Notes: generated from the sequence alone by a model not told the origin. A stretch of DNA of 64,000 bases from Octopus vulgaris (GCA_951406725.2 OX597815.1:70618001-70682000), one strand, 5' to 3'. Positions 36,910 through 50,261 are shown, counted from the stretch's first letter. Numbers and translations are program-made.

Positions 36910-37590
36910 TTAGTCTCCCCAAAGCTGTTGATGCCTCACATTGCTCCTAAGGTCTTCAAAGGACTTACAAATCATTCCACACCAGACACAAGTCAGACCA
37001 TCTAGCAGCACCACCACCACCATCTGGATGTTGGAACCTACAATGCTGAGTGAGTCCACTAGCCAACCCACACACTCTGCTACACAAGGTACATGAGAGA
37101 TGAGGCTGCCTCCATGATCACACTTGTGACAGAGAAGCAGGCACAATCACCCTGACCAAAAAAAAAAAAAAAACTCTCTGATCTCTTCTTTAAACCAGTA
37201 GCAATCAGATTCCTGAACAGCTCCCTATCTGATGCAAGATCTTCCTGGGTGTTAGTATCAATATTGATAATTTTAAATGTATCTTAAAGATTGTCTTTGA
37301 AATGCTTGCATGGCTTGCACTGGGGACATTTTCCTTGCTCCAGCACAGTATACAACACTTGTTTTGGCATGCGGATGTCCTGTAAATGGTATGTATACAA
37401 AGATATATCCTTTTGTATACAAACACACACAAGCAATGCACCCTGGCCCCGGAATTGCCAGGGTGTTATGACCTACAACCACATTGTATTATCTGTTCCT
37501 TTCTTATGGGTAGAATCGGCACACAAAGAGTATGAAGCAAACAGCTCTTCTTTATAAACATGTTTTACAGTCATTTTCTGATGAACAATG
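36910..37590 (-). pseudogene. RTE-type LINE C-terminal relic
   Basis: DIRMPKQVLY...QGKCPQCKPCKHFKDNL...EDLASDRELFR and a terminal TCVWCGMICKS zinc-finger remnant. Confidence 0.7.
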
Positions 37591-38004
37591 TTGCAGTTTC
37601 CAGGCTACTAAATTCAGTTACAAGTCTGAGGTTGGCCCCAGGGCAATAGTGGAAAACACTTGCCTAAGGGACTGAATATGGAATACTTGTAGAGGAACTG
37701 AACGTGGAACCATGTGGTTAGGAAGCAAACTTCTCAATCACACAGCCATTCTTGCACCTAATGTGTGTGTATGTTAACATCTGTTGTTAAATAAAGCATT
37801 GTCTCAAAGTTCATCAAGCAGAGATCTATAAAATAAATGTCAGATTGAAATATGCACTGAGGTCAGTGTGATCAATAAAATTTTTGATATCCCATTATGG
37901 CAACAGTCAAAATACTAAACCTAGTAAAATAATGTTTAAAGACTTAATGCCTCAAATTTAAGGTAATGGATTACTAACCACAAGATATATGTATGTATGT
38001 ATAT

Positions 38005-38225
38005 AAAGTTAATCCAAAACATGAAAACACAAAGAGAAAACACAACAACGTGAGGACGTGGAACAAGTATAGTGTTATTGGACGCTCAGGAAAGGAAAGA
38101 AAGAAGGAGGATTTAACGTTTCGAGCGGAGCTCTACGTCAGAAACATAGGAAAAGGAAAGATCCAAGAAAGGGAAGATGGAGGAAAAAAATCGCCAACGA
38201 TACACACGAGGTCACATTTTGAATG
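38005..38225 (-). mobile_element. Short Penelope-derived repeat with hammerhead-like motif (copy at 56084-56275 on +)
   Basis: Minus strand reads tttCTGACGTa-gagc-tcc-gctc-GAAA-CGTT-aaa; colinear with 56084-56275. Confidence 0.75.
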
Positions 38226-38723
38226 ACCGGAACGGAATGGGTGAAGAAAAAGTTATGTATGTATGTATGTATCTATTTATAGTTGTCTAAGAATCCATAA
38301 GTCAGAAAAAGGATGCACTTGTATATTTGTCAATGTGGGTATATTAATCAAAGTATACAGCACTATAGATCCATTATAGGTTGATCTTACCAATCAGTTT
38401 CATACTGCTTTTTGCGATCTTTGAAGAGCATGCTATGTAACATACAGTAGCAGGGACTTCAGTACCAGTAGTAGCAGTAGCAAAAGTGTGGACAGAACCA
38501 ACAGCACCATTGCCAGTGATAACAGAAACAATAACAATAGCAGTATCCCTAACGACAGTAGCAACATCAGCAGCAGCTTCCCCAACGGTTACAATAGCAG
38601 GCTCGACAGTTCCAATAGCAACAGCAGCACCATCGCCAACGATAACAACAATAATATCGATGGATGTAAAACCTAAGGTAATCCCATAAACCAGCCTTAT
38701 CTAACTAATATATATATAATATA

Positions 38724-39517
38724 TCTATATATAAACGGCAGTTTGTCTGTCTGTGTGTCTGTCAGGTTGTACCCTCACCCTGACCACGGCTTTCAACCGA
38801 TTCTGATGAAACTTGACACACACGTAGCCCAATGTCATAATTCAAAACTAACGCAGCGAAAATTTTGAAAAGTTCCCCCAGTTCTGAAAAATAATCGATA
38901 AATTCGATATGGGTCGAGAATCTAAGCTTTTTATATGCAACACATTTTCTACAGACTGTCTAGGGGACGCAACTCGACCTTTTTAACTCTCGGAACACGT
39001 GGGGTAAGTATCCCAAAATGTATAAAAATGTACAAAAACGGCAAAAAAGCGGGCAGCAATGTGAGTGACAACAACGAAAAAGTCAAATGTGACCTAACTG
39101 AAAAAACGAATGGAAAAGGTTTTTTGATGCACACGACAAAAGCGGTTTATAATAAACCAAGAGTTTACAAGTAGCGTCCGAGGACCCTTAGGGTACGTCA
39201 AAAATTTAAGGTAAAACGTTTGGGGTGGTAGTTATAAAGAAAGTGTAAACAAAAAAATATTCGAATAACTTGCGGCTGCAGCAGCTATTAGCAGAAGTGG
39301 CGGTGTTGGGGGTAAAGTCTCGAATGTAATTTCTTCCTGGTAAGAATTGGTTGGGTTGAATTATCGATAGCTGTTTGATAGTTATTTGGGAGTGAAGAGA
39401 ACACATTGCAACCTACACATGCGCCTTCGTTCCCTAGAAGGAAAGGACTAGATTGGGATTAGTCGTTGCCTACTAGGGGCTCTTACATACCCGGGCAACG
39501 CCGGGCTATGCTGCTAG
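38724..39517 (+). mobile_element. Non-autonomous Helitron
   Basis: 5' TC start, 3' hairpin CCCGGGCAACGCCGGG followed by CTAG, inserted between A and T, no TSD. Confidence 0.85.
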
Positions 39518-39524
39518 TATATAT

Positions 39525-40877
39525 TAGATTTGTGTTGCAAGGTTCCTAATGTGAAATCGTATGGTGAGACAGATATCGTTGTAATTCAGGATAATCATAT
39601 TTTTTTTTTGTCAAATAAACACATGCACTATATATTCGTTCGTCACTTGTTTATTACTGTTCTTATTCTGACTCATGTTCATTGTCCAGAAATCTTTCGT
39701 CACACAACTGTGACCTCTTCAGCAACACTTTCCGTCTTCGTGTGTGCTCTTGCTCCACTTATTTCATTCTGTTCTTCTATGATATGTATCCTTTGTGCGG
39801 AAGCATTAGCATCTTTGTTTGTGTGTGTGCGTACATGTGTGCGTCATTGTTCTTAGTAGCTCTACGACCTTCCCCTCAGCCCCAGCTCCAGTTGTTGCTA
39901 CTGCTGTCCTAGGACCCGAAATTTGATACAGTTCCTGTACCTCTGTGTTTCTTTGTTTGCCCACGCTCCTGGTTGTTGTTGTTGTTATTGCCGTTGTTGT
40001 CACTGATGTTGCTATTGTCATTGTTATTCGTATTTCTGATATTGTTGCGGCCATCTGTGAAGTTGTTGTATATATGTTTCTGTATGTTTATGGATTCGCT
40101 TCCTATGTTGTTTGAATCCGTGCCCTTTATATAGATTTTTTTTTTATCCATCGCTATCATATTGTCGACAGCGATTTGCGTTGGACAAAACACATCGCTA
40201 AAATTGCTAAGAAGGCTGAGGGTGTTTTGGCATCACTCACCAAGTCCTTTGTGAGCCGCTCTCCGGCTATCTATCTGCGGCTTTATATAGCTATGGTACG
40301 ACCTCACCTGGAATTTGCATCACCGGTCTGGAACCCCTAGCTTGTCCGGGATATTAATCGTATGGAAGCCGTTCAGCGACGTACAACCAAGAGAATACCC
40401 TCCATCAGGTATTTGCCATATTCTGAACGCCTTACTTCCCTGGGCATGGACACATTGAAACTCCGACGTCTGGCAGCTGACTTGGCAGACACCCATAAAA
40501 TTATTAACCATCTTACAAACAATAACTCTGGGCACCTTTTCAAACTCCACCTGTCTAACACCCGTGGACATGTTTACAAAGTCAGAAAACAGCACAGCTC
40601 CCATGACTTTCGGAATCATTTTTTCACACTAAGAGTTGCTGAAGCATGGAACAAACTGCCGGCATCAGTTGTTACTTGTTGGAGCACTGCATCCTTCAAA
40701 ACCTCCATGCTTCCAGAGATTCGCCAATACTACACCTGATTTTCCCCCCTCCATACACACGCAAACATGTATCTGACTCATACACTGTTCGCTTTCCAGA
40801 CATTTGTACATTACTGCATATACTTTATATGCACTTTTGACAAGTTGTGGTGCACCTGAGCACTGTATACAATAATT

Positions 40878-40913
<36 letters not shown>

Positions 40914-41270
40914 TTATCACAGGTATGTGCATATATGTCTGTTGTGTGTGTATTTGTGTTTTATATATTTATTTTTTTCCTCTTTCTTCTCCTCCCTTCA
41001 GTCTTTAGTCGTCATGTTGTGTGGTGTGGTGGTGGATGTTACTGTTCCATTCGTGTTTTCTACAGAGGCTCGGTCTGTTTATTGCTATGTGTGTAGCTTC
41101 TGTGATCTGTCTAAGTATTGTGTCACTTCTATGTGTTGATAATACCTTAACCTCTATACTATTAATCGGGCATCTATGTTCTGCTTGAGCGTGTTGGTAG
41201 AGTACTGACGAGCCTTTCTCTTCTTTGAGCTCTTGCCAGTGTTCACCTATACGCTCCTCTATGCTGCGTG
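39525..41270 (-). mobile_element. Penelope-like element 3' part, split by a CR1 insertion
   Basis: 41005-41270 encodes RSIEERIGEHWQELKEEKGSSVLYQHAQAEH...RQITEATHI, paralogous to the end of the 8216-9553 ORF. The terminal repeat at 39525-39730 matches 8090-8210. Confidence 0.85.
40161..40910 (+). mobile_element. 5'-truncated CR1 LINE
   Basis: IVDSDLRWTKHI...LYIAMVRPHLEFASPVWNP*...EAVQRR...NTRGH...FFTLRVAEAWNKLP, then an (ATT)n tail at about 40880-40910. Confidence 0.92.
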
Positions 41271-41271
41271 T

Positions 41272-41395
41272 GGGGAGGGGCCGGTTGATTAGATCGACTC
41301 CAGTAAACAACTGGTACTTAATTTATTGACCCCGAAAGGACGAAAGGTAAAGTCGATCTCGGCAGAATTTGAACTCAGAACGTAAAGACAGACGG
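41272..41395 (-). mobile_element. SINE fragment (Nin/Deu-like core)
   Basis: CTGGTACTTAATTTATTGACCCCGAAAGGACGAAAGG...GAATTTGAACTCAGAACG is the reverse complement of the SINE body at about 28295-28375. Confidence 0.8.
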
Positions 41396-43229
41396 TCATA
41401 ATACAAACATTTGCCATGGCACTAGTACACTGTTTACAGGTGCTTACATTTTTTATGTTTTCCGTGAATTTTTCATGGGTCCATTAAAATAAAATTCTTT
41501 CAAACACGAAGAGTAAATAAGTTTGGTGTAATCAGTAAATAGAAAAGTTGACAGGGAAAGATATTTCAAGATTATACCTTATATTTCGCTTTCGAAGTTT
41601 CTCGAGATGATCTAAACCAGCATTTTCAACCATTTTTGCATCTATCAACCCCTTTGATTACTATTTTATTCTGGTGGACCCCATAGCCATTCGATGTTTA
41701 AAAACTAATTTTATAGGCACTTCTTTCAAAATTCTTATTTTGCTATTCACTCATTAACTTGTATAGGTTGAACAATGTGGAGAAAGAAATTTAGCTGTTT
41801 CCTGCAATAAAAACATCAGAATCAAAGTCTTTCATGGACCTCTAAACTACAACTGTGGATCCCTGATATACTATTTGCCTAGCATGGATCCCCAAGGGTC
41901 ACGTGCGTGTGTGTGTATCTGGAAGGTAAAGGAATAATCTGTATAATAAAGTGGCAAAGATAGGTAAGATGAAACTAGTTTCCATTAATGGTCAAGTTGG
42001 CGGTTAATAAATGAGGTCAGTAGTAAGTAAAGAACTCGGGTGTTCTTAGTTGAATGCTAATGAATAATTAAGGAAAGGCGTGAACATTACAGTTTTATAT
42101 TCCCCTGTCATCTATGTCTTAAACAAGCATGTGTTAATGTATTAATACACAGAGAAACGTAATTACTAAGAGGAGATAACTCTCGACGATTTCAGTTCAG
42201 CTATGGGTTTTTTTTTTTTTAAATTTCCAAAACATAAACATGTTTAAATGACACGAGGAGTAAATTTATTGCATATTGCAACATTTTGTGAGTCAATGTG
42301 TAGCGGGCTGAAGTGAGATGTCATATCATGTTGATATGATGTAACCGACTACCAAATGTAGCGTGTAGATGTAACAGGTGCTTGTTTTGTGTGTGTGTGC
42401 GCGTGTGTGCGCGTGCTTGTTTCACTGTCTGTGTGTACGTGCGTGTTCTTGTTTGTGTGTGTGTGTGTGTGTGAATGTATGTGTGTGCGTGCTTGCTCGT
42501 TCCTCTGTGTGTGTACCTGTTCTGTTTTTAGAGGAACAAGCACGCACACACTCACAAACAAGCACGTACACACAGAGGAACAAACACGCACACACATACA
42601 CATAGACAGAGGGACAAGCACGCACACACACACACAAAAAACAAGCACGTACACACACACACGGAGGAACAAGTACGCACGCACGTACAACCCATTAGCT
42701 TCCTCTTTCCGCTTCGATACGTTAACTGACAGGTGACAAGATAACACGTGTTCACAGAAATTACCGAGTAATTTGTTGACAAAATTCGAGTCAAAACGAA
42801 ATTACGCCGAAGATTCTTGTGTCGGAGTAACCAGTAAACATCGAGAAATCAACACCAAGATAGGAGAAATATCATTTACATATACTTATTCGTTTGCCCG
42901 ACATGTAGTTAGAGATACCGTAGTAATCGTAGTGATAGTGACAAAAAGGTTGGTTCGTTGGTTAGTAGTTGACAGTGTAGAAGTTGCTGTCAGTAGAGAG
43001 TGAAAGAGTAAGGAATGCATGGTGCTGACTAGGGAAAGACTTCTTCGCGTCCCCACTCCATTTTCTCGCAAATTATTGTTTTTTAAAAAAATTTTTGCCA
43101 AAAACCCACGTTGTCGGATACGGAGATTCCGGAAAATTGCAAAAAATCGGAATTTTGAACTTTTTTGCCACCCCTTTACTCCTCCCCAAATTTCTTCATT
43201 TTCCATTTTTAACCCTAAAACCCCAACCC

Positions 43230-43690
43230 TAACCCTAAGTAGAAAAAGTTTTGGAAATTTGTTTCAGAATCATAATCTCCATATTTTCCCGCTTATTTTG
43301 ACAAAAAAAAAAGTGAAAAATAAATTTTATAAAAATTTTTAGAAATTGTTTTCAGAATCATAATCTCCGTATTTTTCTGCATATTTTGAAAGAAAAAAAA
43401 AAATTTCTGAAAAAAGTTTAAAATTAAGAATTTGTGGGTGAGGGGTAATTTCAAAATGCCGATGTTGTCTCAGTTTTAGACGCACCAAATGATTTTAGCT
43501 CAATTAGAGGCAATTGATTGGTCAAAATTCGAAAAATTAAACTACGTTAAACAAACACATTGCAATTTTCTCAAGAAAGCCAAGAGAAAAAAATGTTTTA
43601 TTTTGACACATTCTACCAGTATACGAAGTTTAAAAGTGTTTAGTTAACTTGAAATTGTGTTGAAAAGTGCCGTTCAAAAGGAAAAGATCC
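43230..43690. mobile_element. Partial copy of the GGATCTTTTC MITE family
   Basis: Ends GCCGTTCAAAAGGAAAAGATCC; 43460-43690 matches 51230-51450 in reverse. Confidence 0.75.
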
Positions 43691-43943
43691 GATCGCTTCA
43701 GATAATGCTAAAAGAATTAAACTACAAGCCTTACATACCACGACTCATTCGTGGATTAATTGAAGATGATGGAGATCTGGAAGTGTAAATAGACACAATT
43801 GCACTTACAGAGCTTCAAAGAATCCTCATCTAAGCAGTCAATTGAAACATTTTAATAATAAATTTCTGGATTGTTGGTTAATTGCCTTGTCTTAATTGTA
43901 ATTGTAAGTAACTGTAATTGTAAGTGACTTTATTGCCACCCTG

Positions 43944-43993
<50 letters not shown>

Positions 43994-44005
43994 AGACTGT
44001 ATGTG

Positions 44006-44038
<33 letters not shown>

Positions 44039-44069
44039 ATGTGTATATGTATGTATATATATTCAATTC

Positions 44070-44850
44070 TTTTTTTTCTCCACATTGTATGTTTTGAAAA
44101 TGATCGTTCATTCCAGAACGTCTGTTATAATGCCTTGTGCAGGGGCCACTTTAATTTCAGTTCCCTCTCTTGACAATAATTCTCTGTGCTCTCTTAAATT
44201 TTCGGCATTAATTTTCCTGGACCTGCTCCCGGCGGCTGCCGCGAAGCTCATCTCTTTTGTGCCACTTTGTGCTTCGCCAGTTGCAAGACTGGACACCTCC
44301 ATGTTCCTCCTCACGTTCAACTTTGATTTTTCCTCTTTTCTAGGTGAGTCTTTACTTGTACTAGGCTTTGGGGATTCTTTCGTTTGGCATTTTCTTGGTG
44401 ATTCTTGGTTTGGAGATTCACTCTCCGAAGACAGCATTTCTGATTCCATTTCAAAAATGGCACCACAGAAAATTCACGCAGCAAAAAATGTTTTGAACAA
44501 CAATTTGTTTTTTCCTCTTTTCTAGGTGAGTCTTTACTTGTACTAGGCTTTGGGGATTCTTTCGTTTGGCATTTTCTTGGTGATTCTTGGTTTGGAGATT
44601 CACTCTCCGAAGACAGCATTTCTGATTCCATTTCAAAAATGGCACCACAGAAAATTCACGCAGCAAAAAATGTTTTGAACAACAATTCCCCCACACGCGG
44701 GGGAATTAACAGCAATTTGCTTTACAAAAAAGCAATTAAGTTTTTGTTTTTTTTTCAAACAAATATCAATAAGTTTAACAACAGCAACAATTCTTCACCT
44801 TCAATAGCACGACCAATAACACAACTAAACAGCACCAACCAAATGAATGT
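44070..44850 (-). mobile_element. 5' UTR and truncated ORF1 of an L1/Tx1-like element, with a 182-bp tandem duplication
   Basis: SFAAAAG...IKVAP...TIIFKTY aligns with SFALAAG...VKIEP...TIIFKTY of ORF1 at 23101. 44327-44505 is repeated at 44509-44687. Confidence 0.75.
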
Positions 44851-44863
44851 TCGAAGAAATTCC

Positions 44864-46587
44864 TCTTTTTATTGCCCACTAGGGGTCAACGAAGAGGGGC
44901 CACATACAGGACATATAACATATGAAGATGAATGATATGGGTTTGTACAAATGAAGATGAGACGGTCACTCCGGCCCCACTCCGGGGTGGTTACGTTTTC
45001 TCAATTAATTCAGAATGTTTCTATAATTTTTCTTTTTTTTCTTCCTTTTAAAACGTTCATTGTTCATTCAGTTTTCGGTTTTTCCTAAAAGTTAATTCTC
45101 AATAATTTTTTCTACTTACCATTTCATGTCTTTCTTTATCTCGTCATATTCTACCACTGGGGTGTGGGGGTTCATTTCTAACCTCCAGCCCCAGTAGATT
45201 CACATCTGATGGAAATGCTTCTTTTAGTGTTTTATATCTTTCTTCATTTATCAAAATACATCTCATGTCTTTATCATAACCTTCTGGTAATTTTACTTTT
45301 GTAATACCTTTCATTTTTGTAATTTTTCTTTCAATTTTTTGATTTGTGTAATATGTTACTAAGTATATTCTGTTTCTATATATGTTCTCACCCTGTTGTG
45401 CATTTTGCATGTCTTTGTATTTTTGTGCGTATGTACGTCTGTGTGTCTGTACGTTTGTGTTTTTGCTTTGTGATTCCGTTCTGCTTGTGATGTTTTTTTT
45501 CCCTTTTTTTGGTGAACCTATGGGTCTGTTGCTTCTGCTTGTTGTTGTTGCTTGTCTTAATGGGTATGCTTCTTCCTGTGTCTTATGTTTCTTTTGCTGT
45601 AGTTCCTCCTTGGGCGGTGTATTCCTCCTTTCTCTCTTTCTTGTTCTTACGTCTGTAAACTTTGTGTCCTGTTTTTCGTCTCGGGTCTTTTGCTCTAATT
45701 CCATTGCGCATTCTTGTGCTTCCATCTCTGGGACCTCCTTCACTTATTGAGGACACCTTTTTTTATGTGTCCCCTCTCCCCACAAAAATAGTAGGTAGGG
45801 AGCCTTCCATCCAATATTACTTCCAATTTTACCCCATTTAATAGTTCTATTGTCTCCAGTATTCCAGCATATTCTGTTTGGTTGACTCGAAAAAACCTCT
45901 CCAGCCCGTAACCCCATCATTTTATTTGTTGGGTCCGGGTTATCTGGAGAATGGTAATGCTCTAATCTCCTTCGTCTCCCACGTCAAGGATCGCCGCTAT
46001 CAGCCACATGGGTTCCATTTCAGGCGGAATCCTGCCTACCCTAACTCTGGCAATGCGCTTACCCAGGTATGTAGGCAGGAGGGTCCACTTGTCCGAATGT
46101 AACGACACAGCGGAGTACTCGCTTGCCTCCTTTTTGGAGGCGAAAGTGACCACCACTGTGCCTTACCTTCTACCTCTTGTGTAAAAGGTAATAACGTCTT
46201 TAATCTCTTGTAGGCACTTTTCTATCTCTTCCTGTATTGCCATTTCTATTTTTCTCTTGCTTCTCGAGAACATTCTGTAAATAATCTCTTTCTTTTCCAT
46301 TTCCTTCAATTCGTCTTCTGGTGGGGTCAACTTTATGTTAGACCCCTCTCTCAGTATCCTTTCTAGGTATGTTTTTATGAGCTCGTCTTTGAAATCTACT
46401 TCATATTACTTCAGCAAACTTGGGTCCACAGTTTTCTGTCTTCCCGTTACTGAATCGTAACTCTTCGACTCCATTTGAGATACCTTTCCATGTAAAAACC
46501 AATTACAGACACAAGCCAATCACTACGGATGACGTCACACTGGTTAAATTATCTTCTTAACATTACTAATAAAGTTACTACGATTGT
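44864..46587 (-). mobile_element. ORF1-only (non-autonomous) L1/Tx1-like element
   Basis: Decayed ORF1 at about 45144-46490 (EEIEKCL, RIPPEMEPMWLIAAIL) is followed within about 280 bp by the tail CCCCTAGTGGGCAATAAAAAGA. There is no room for ORF2. Confidence 0.8.
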
Positions 46588-47063
46588 TCGACGAAATTTC
46601 CTATAATTTGGATTTCTCAAGTTTATTGAATTTTTAAAACACCAATTTCTCGCAAATTTAAATATTCACTGTGTCCAATTCATCACAAATTTAAATATTC
46701 ATTGCATTCACTGCGGAGTATTCCATTTTCATTTGCAAAGCCTCTCACTTTCTCTTTAAAGTTTTAATTTGCTATTAACGTATACGTAATGTAAAAACGT
46801 TATTTATTGAATGAAGATTTTAAAAAATACTCATGTAATTTTTGAATGCGGGATAACTGTGTGAAGTATCTAGAAAGTTTGGTAATTACTATTAGAAGAC
46901 GAGAAGAAAAAACCAAAAAGTTACCGACAAGTACTCGAAACTTTCACCGTTTCAGTTTCTAAACACAACTTCAACAGTAACACACATACACACACACACA
47001 CACACACAATACACACTCGCGCACGCATATAGATACACATACACACGAATGAAAGGCAATGAA

Positions 47064-47095
<32 letters not shown>

Positions 47096-47619
47096 CGTGT
47101 ACTGTTCACTGACAAAACTTCGTGCTGCATCACTTTTGTGAAATTTTGCCAGTGAACAGGTTGCGGTTTGAAAGCGACGAAATATTTTGACACAAATGAA
47201 GTTTTAATGTTGAAGTGAAACTAACGGTATTTGTGTGTTCTTGAACGGTTTTCAAACATCTTCCTCGCTGAAATTGTTTTTGTTTCAGCATACGATCTCG
47301 GATAAGTCACTTGCTATGCAAGTTTATCTCCGTAATTTTTTTAAATCACTGTGGATAAATGTCAGCAATGACCTTCTCAGGCTCTCCAATATTTTAATTT
47401 CTAAACAGAAACAGTCGGGGGCAGGGGGGGGGGTTACAAAAAAGTCCTAATTTCTCAAATTTTCTTTTTTATAGCATATAAATGTATTTATAGGGAAAAA
47501 ATATTGAAAAACATCAATACATGCGAGAGTGATAAAGAAACGAGGCGGGTTGTCTTTGGATTTGTTACAAGCAACAGCCAAATCACCCTTAAATCACTTT
47601 CTACTCTGATAATATTTAA

Positions 47620-48016
47620 CTCTTTTACTCTTTTACTTGTTTCACTCATTTGACTGCGGCCATGCTGGAGCACCGCCTTTAATGGAGCAACTCGACCCTG
47701 GGACTTATTCTTTTGTAAGCCCAGTACTTATTCTATCGGTCTCTTTTGCCGAACCGCTAAGTAACGGGGACATAAACACACCAGCATCAGTTGTCAAGCA
47801 ATGCTAGGGGGACAAACACAGACACACAAATACACACACGCATATATATATATATACATATATACGACGGGCTTCTTTCCGTTTCCGTCTACCAAATCCA
47901 CTCACAAGGCTTTAATCGGCCCGAGGCTATAGTAGAAGTCACTTGCCCAAGGTGCCACGCAGTGGGACTGAACCCAGAACCATGTGGTTGGTAAACAAGC
48001 TACTTACCACACAGCC
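47620..48016 (-). mobile_element. CORE-like SINE
   Basis: Matches 32505-32899; absent from the paralogous site near 49135. Confidence 0.88.
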
Positions 48017-48574
48017 CAAAAAATTTTTTTCTACCGAAAATGTTCTTCCCATGGTTTTGAAGTGCAAAAAAAAATTTGGCCAAACAGGTCCGGAGTTGAA
48101 TGATGAGGAAGTAGGTGGGGTGTGTAAAAAAAGAGTTTTCAAAACTTTTTTCATACAAAGATGCCCCAACCCCATCATTTCGAAGGCTGTGGTTTTTTTT
48201 AATAATGAGGAAAATCATCGAAAAAATTTTCCCCACAACTTTATAATCGTAATCTATGCCGTTTGAAAGGGATTTGTATAAATTTTCATTAAAAGATACC
48301 CATCTTCCTGAAAGTTATGAGGGAAAAAAGTCAGATCGTGTGAAATTTCTGAACTCCTTACTCCACCCCCTCGGAAAAATTCTTTTCCATGTATCTCTAT
48401 ATACTCTAAAGCCACAACATCTAAGTGGTATTTGTAGAAAATTTTGTTAAAAAGTATCCATTTTCTGGATGTTATGAGGCAACAAAATCGCGGGCGTATA
48501 CATCTGTAGTAAATGCACTTTTATTTATACGATTTTTTTCATTTCATATTTATTTCATTCATTGTTTGCAATGT

Positions 48575-48638
<64 letters not shown>

Positions 48639-48649
48639 TCACACACACA

Positions 48650-48684
<35 letters not shown>

Positions 48685-48731
48685 AAGCTTACATATGGGC
48701 CGCTGAATTGGTATCTCTATGTTGCTTTGAG

Positions 48732-48907
48732 AAGTGCTTAGCGATATTTCGTCTGTCTTTTACGTACTGAGTTCAAATTCCGCCGAGGTCGACTTTTCCT
48801 TTCATCCTTTCGAGGTCAATAAATTAAGTACCAGTTGCGTACTGAGATCGATCTAATCGACTGCCCCTCTCCCCAAATTTCGGACCTTGTGCCTAGAGTA
48901 GAAAATA
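48732..48907 (+). mobile_element. 5'-truncated SINE (Nin/Deu-like core)
   Basis: GTTCAAATTCCGCCGAGGTCGAC...CCTTTCATCC...AAGTACCAG...CCTTGTGCC. Confidence 0.85.
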
Positions 48908-50153
48908 ATATTTTAATTTCTAAACAGAAACAATCGGGTGCAGCGAGTGAGGTTGCAAAAAATACATAATTTCTCAATTTTTTTTTATAGCATATAAATG
49001 TATTTATGGAGAAAAATATCGAAAAACATGCGTGAGTGATAAAGAAACGAGGAGCGCTGTCTTTGGATGTGCTACAAGAAACAGCCAAATCACCCTTAAA
49101 TCACTCACTTTTCCCTCTGAAAATATTAACAATTTAAACAAAAAATTTTTTACCGAAAATGCTCTTCCCATGGTTTTGAAGTGCAAAAAACATTGGCCAA
49201 AATAGATCTGGAGTGGGATGATGAGGGGTGGGTTGTAAAAAAAGAGTTTACAAAGCTTTTTTCGTACAAAGATGCCTCAACCCCATCATTTCGAAGGCTG
49301 TGGTTTAAAAATTAGGAAAATCCCCGGAAAAATTTTCCCCATAAATTTCTTTATAATCGTAATCTTTGACGTTTGAAAGGGATTTGTATAAGTTTTCATT
49401 TAAAGATACCCATATTCCTGAAAGTTATGAGGGGAAAAAAGTCAGATCGTGTGAATTTTCCGAAACTCCTCACTCCACACCCTCGGAAAAATTCTTTCCC
49501 AAAACTCCCTATATACTCTGAAGCCACATCTAGGTGGTATTTGTAGAAAATTTTGTTGAACAGTATCCATTTTCTAGATGTTGTGAGGCAACAAAATCGG
49601 GGCGTATATATCTGTAGTAATGCCCTTTTATTTATATGATGTTTTCATTTCATGCTTATTTCATTCATTGATTGCAATGTTCTCTCTCCTCCTCTCTCTC
49701 ACTCACTCACACACTGCAAAGCTTACAGATGGGCTGCTGAACTGTAATCTCTATGTTGCTTTGAGGGAACGGTAAAATTTGACAAATTGCTTATCCCTCT
49801 GTTGTGATGTTTTATTAAAAAAGAGAGGTTATGACTGTGATAAAATAATGAAAGCAATAAGCAAGTGAGCACTATTATACAAAGAAATAATTAGACGTAA
49901 AATATAAAAATTATTAGAACTGGGAATCAAATAAAATATTATCAAAGGGCTAGCAGAAAACTGCTAGTATATATAACACATTTAAAAAGGGTGGCTTATT
50001 AGCAATTAGAACCTATAAAGGCAAAATTAATAGAGATCACAAAAGTGACAGATGGTACTGACTAGCACCCCTTTTGCTAAAAATAAGAGTTAAAATAACT
50101 CAAAGCCACAAAAGCACTGAAGGCATAAAGGGAGGTTAGTTCTCAGCGTACAT

Positions 50154-50209
50154 AGCCAAATCGCGATTTCGGATTTTGATGTAGATCATCTTAATCCTCA
50201 TCAGCGGCT
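50154..50209 (-). ncRNA. Type I hammerhead ribozyme motif
   Basis: Minus strand reads agccg-CTGATGA-ggatt...aatcc-GAAA-TCGCGA-TT-tggct: intact boxes and a palindromic stem III. Confidence 0.72.

Positions 50210-50261
<52 letters not shown>

Larger units (their letters stand above)
47388..49764 (+). repeat. Diverged direct duplication (47388-48731 and 48908-49764)
   Basis: Both copies start AATATTTTAATTTCTAAACAGAAACA and end TCTCTATGTTGCTTTGAG. Only the first carries a SINE at 47620-48016. Confidence 0.9.

Noticed and set aside
38460-38660. Asn/Ser- or Thr/Ala-rich ORFs
   Set aside because: Degenerate (CAG/CAA/TAG)n low-complexity tract with no domain or splice support.
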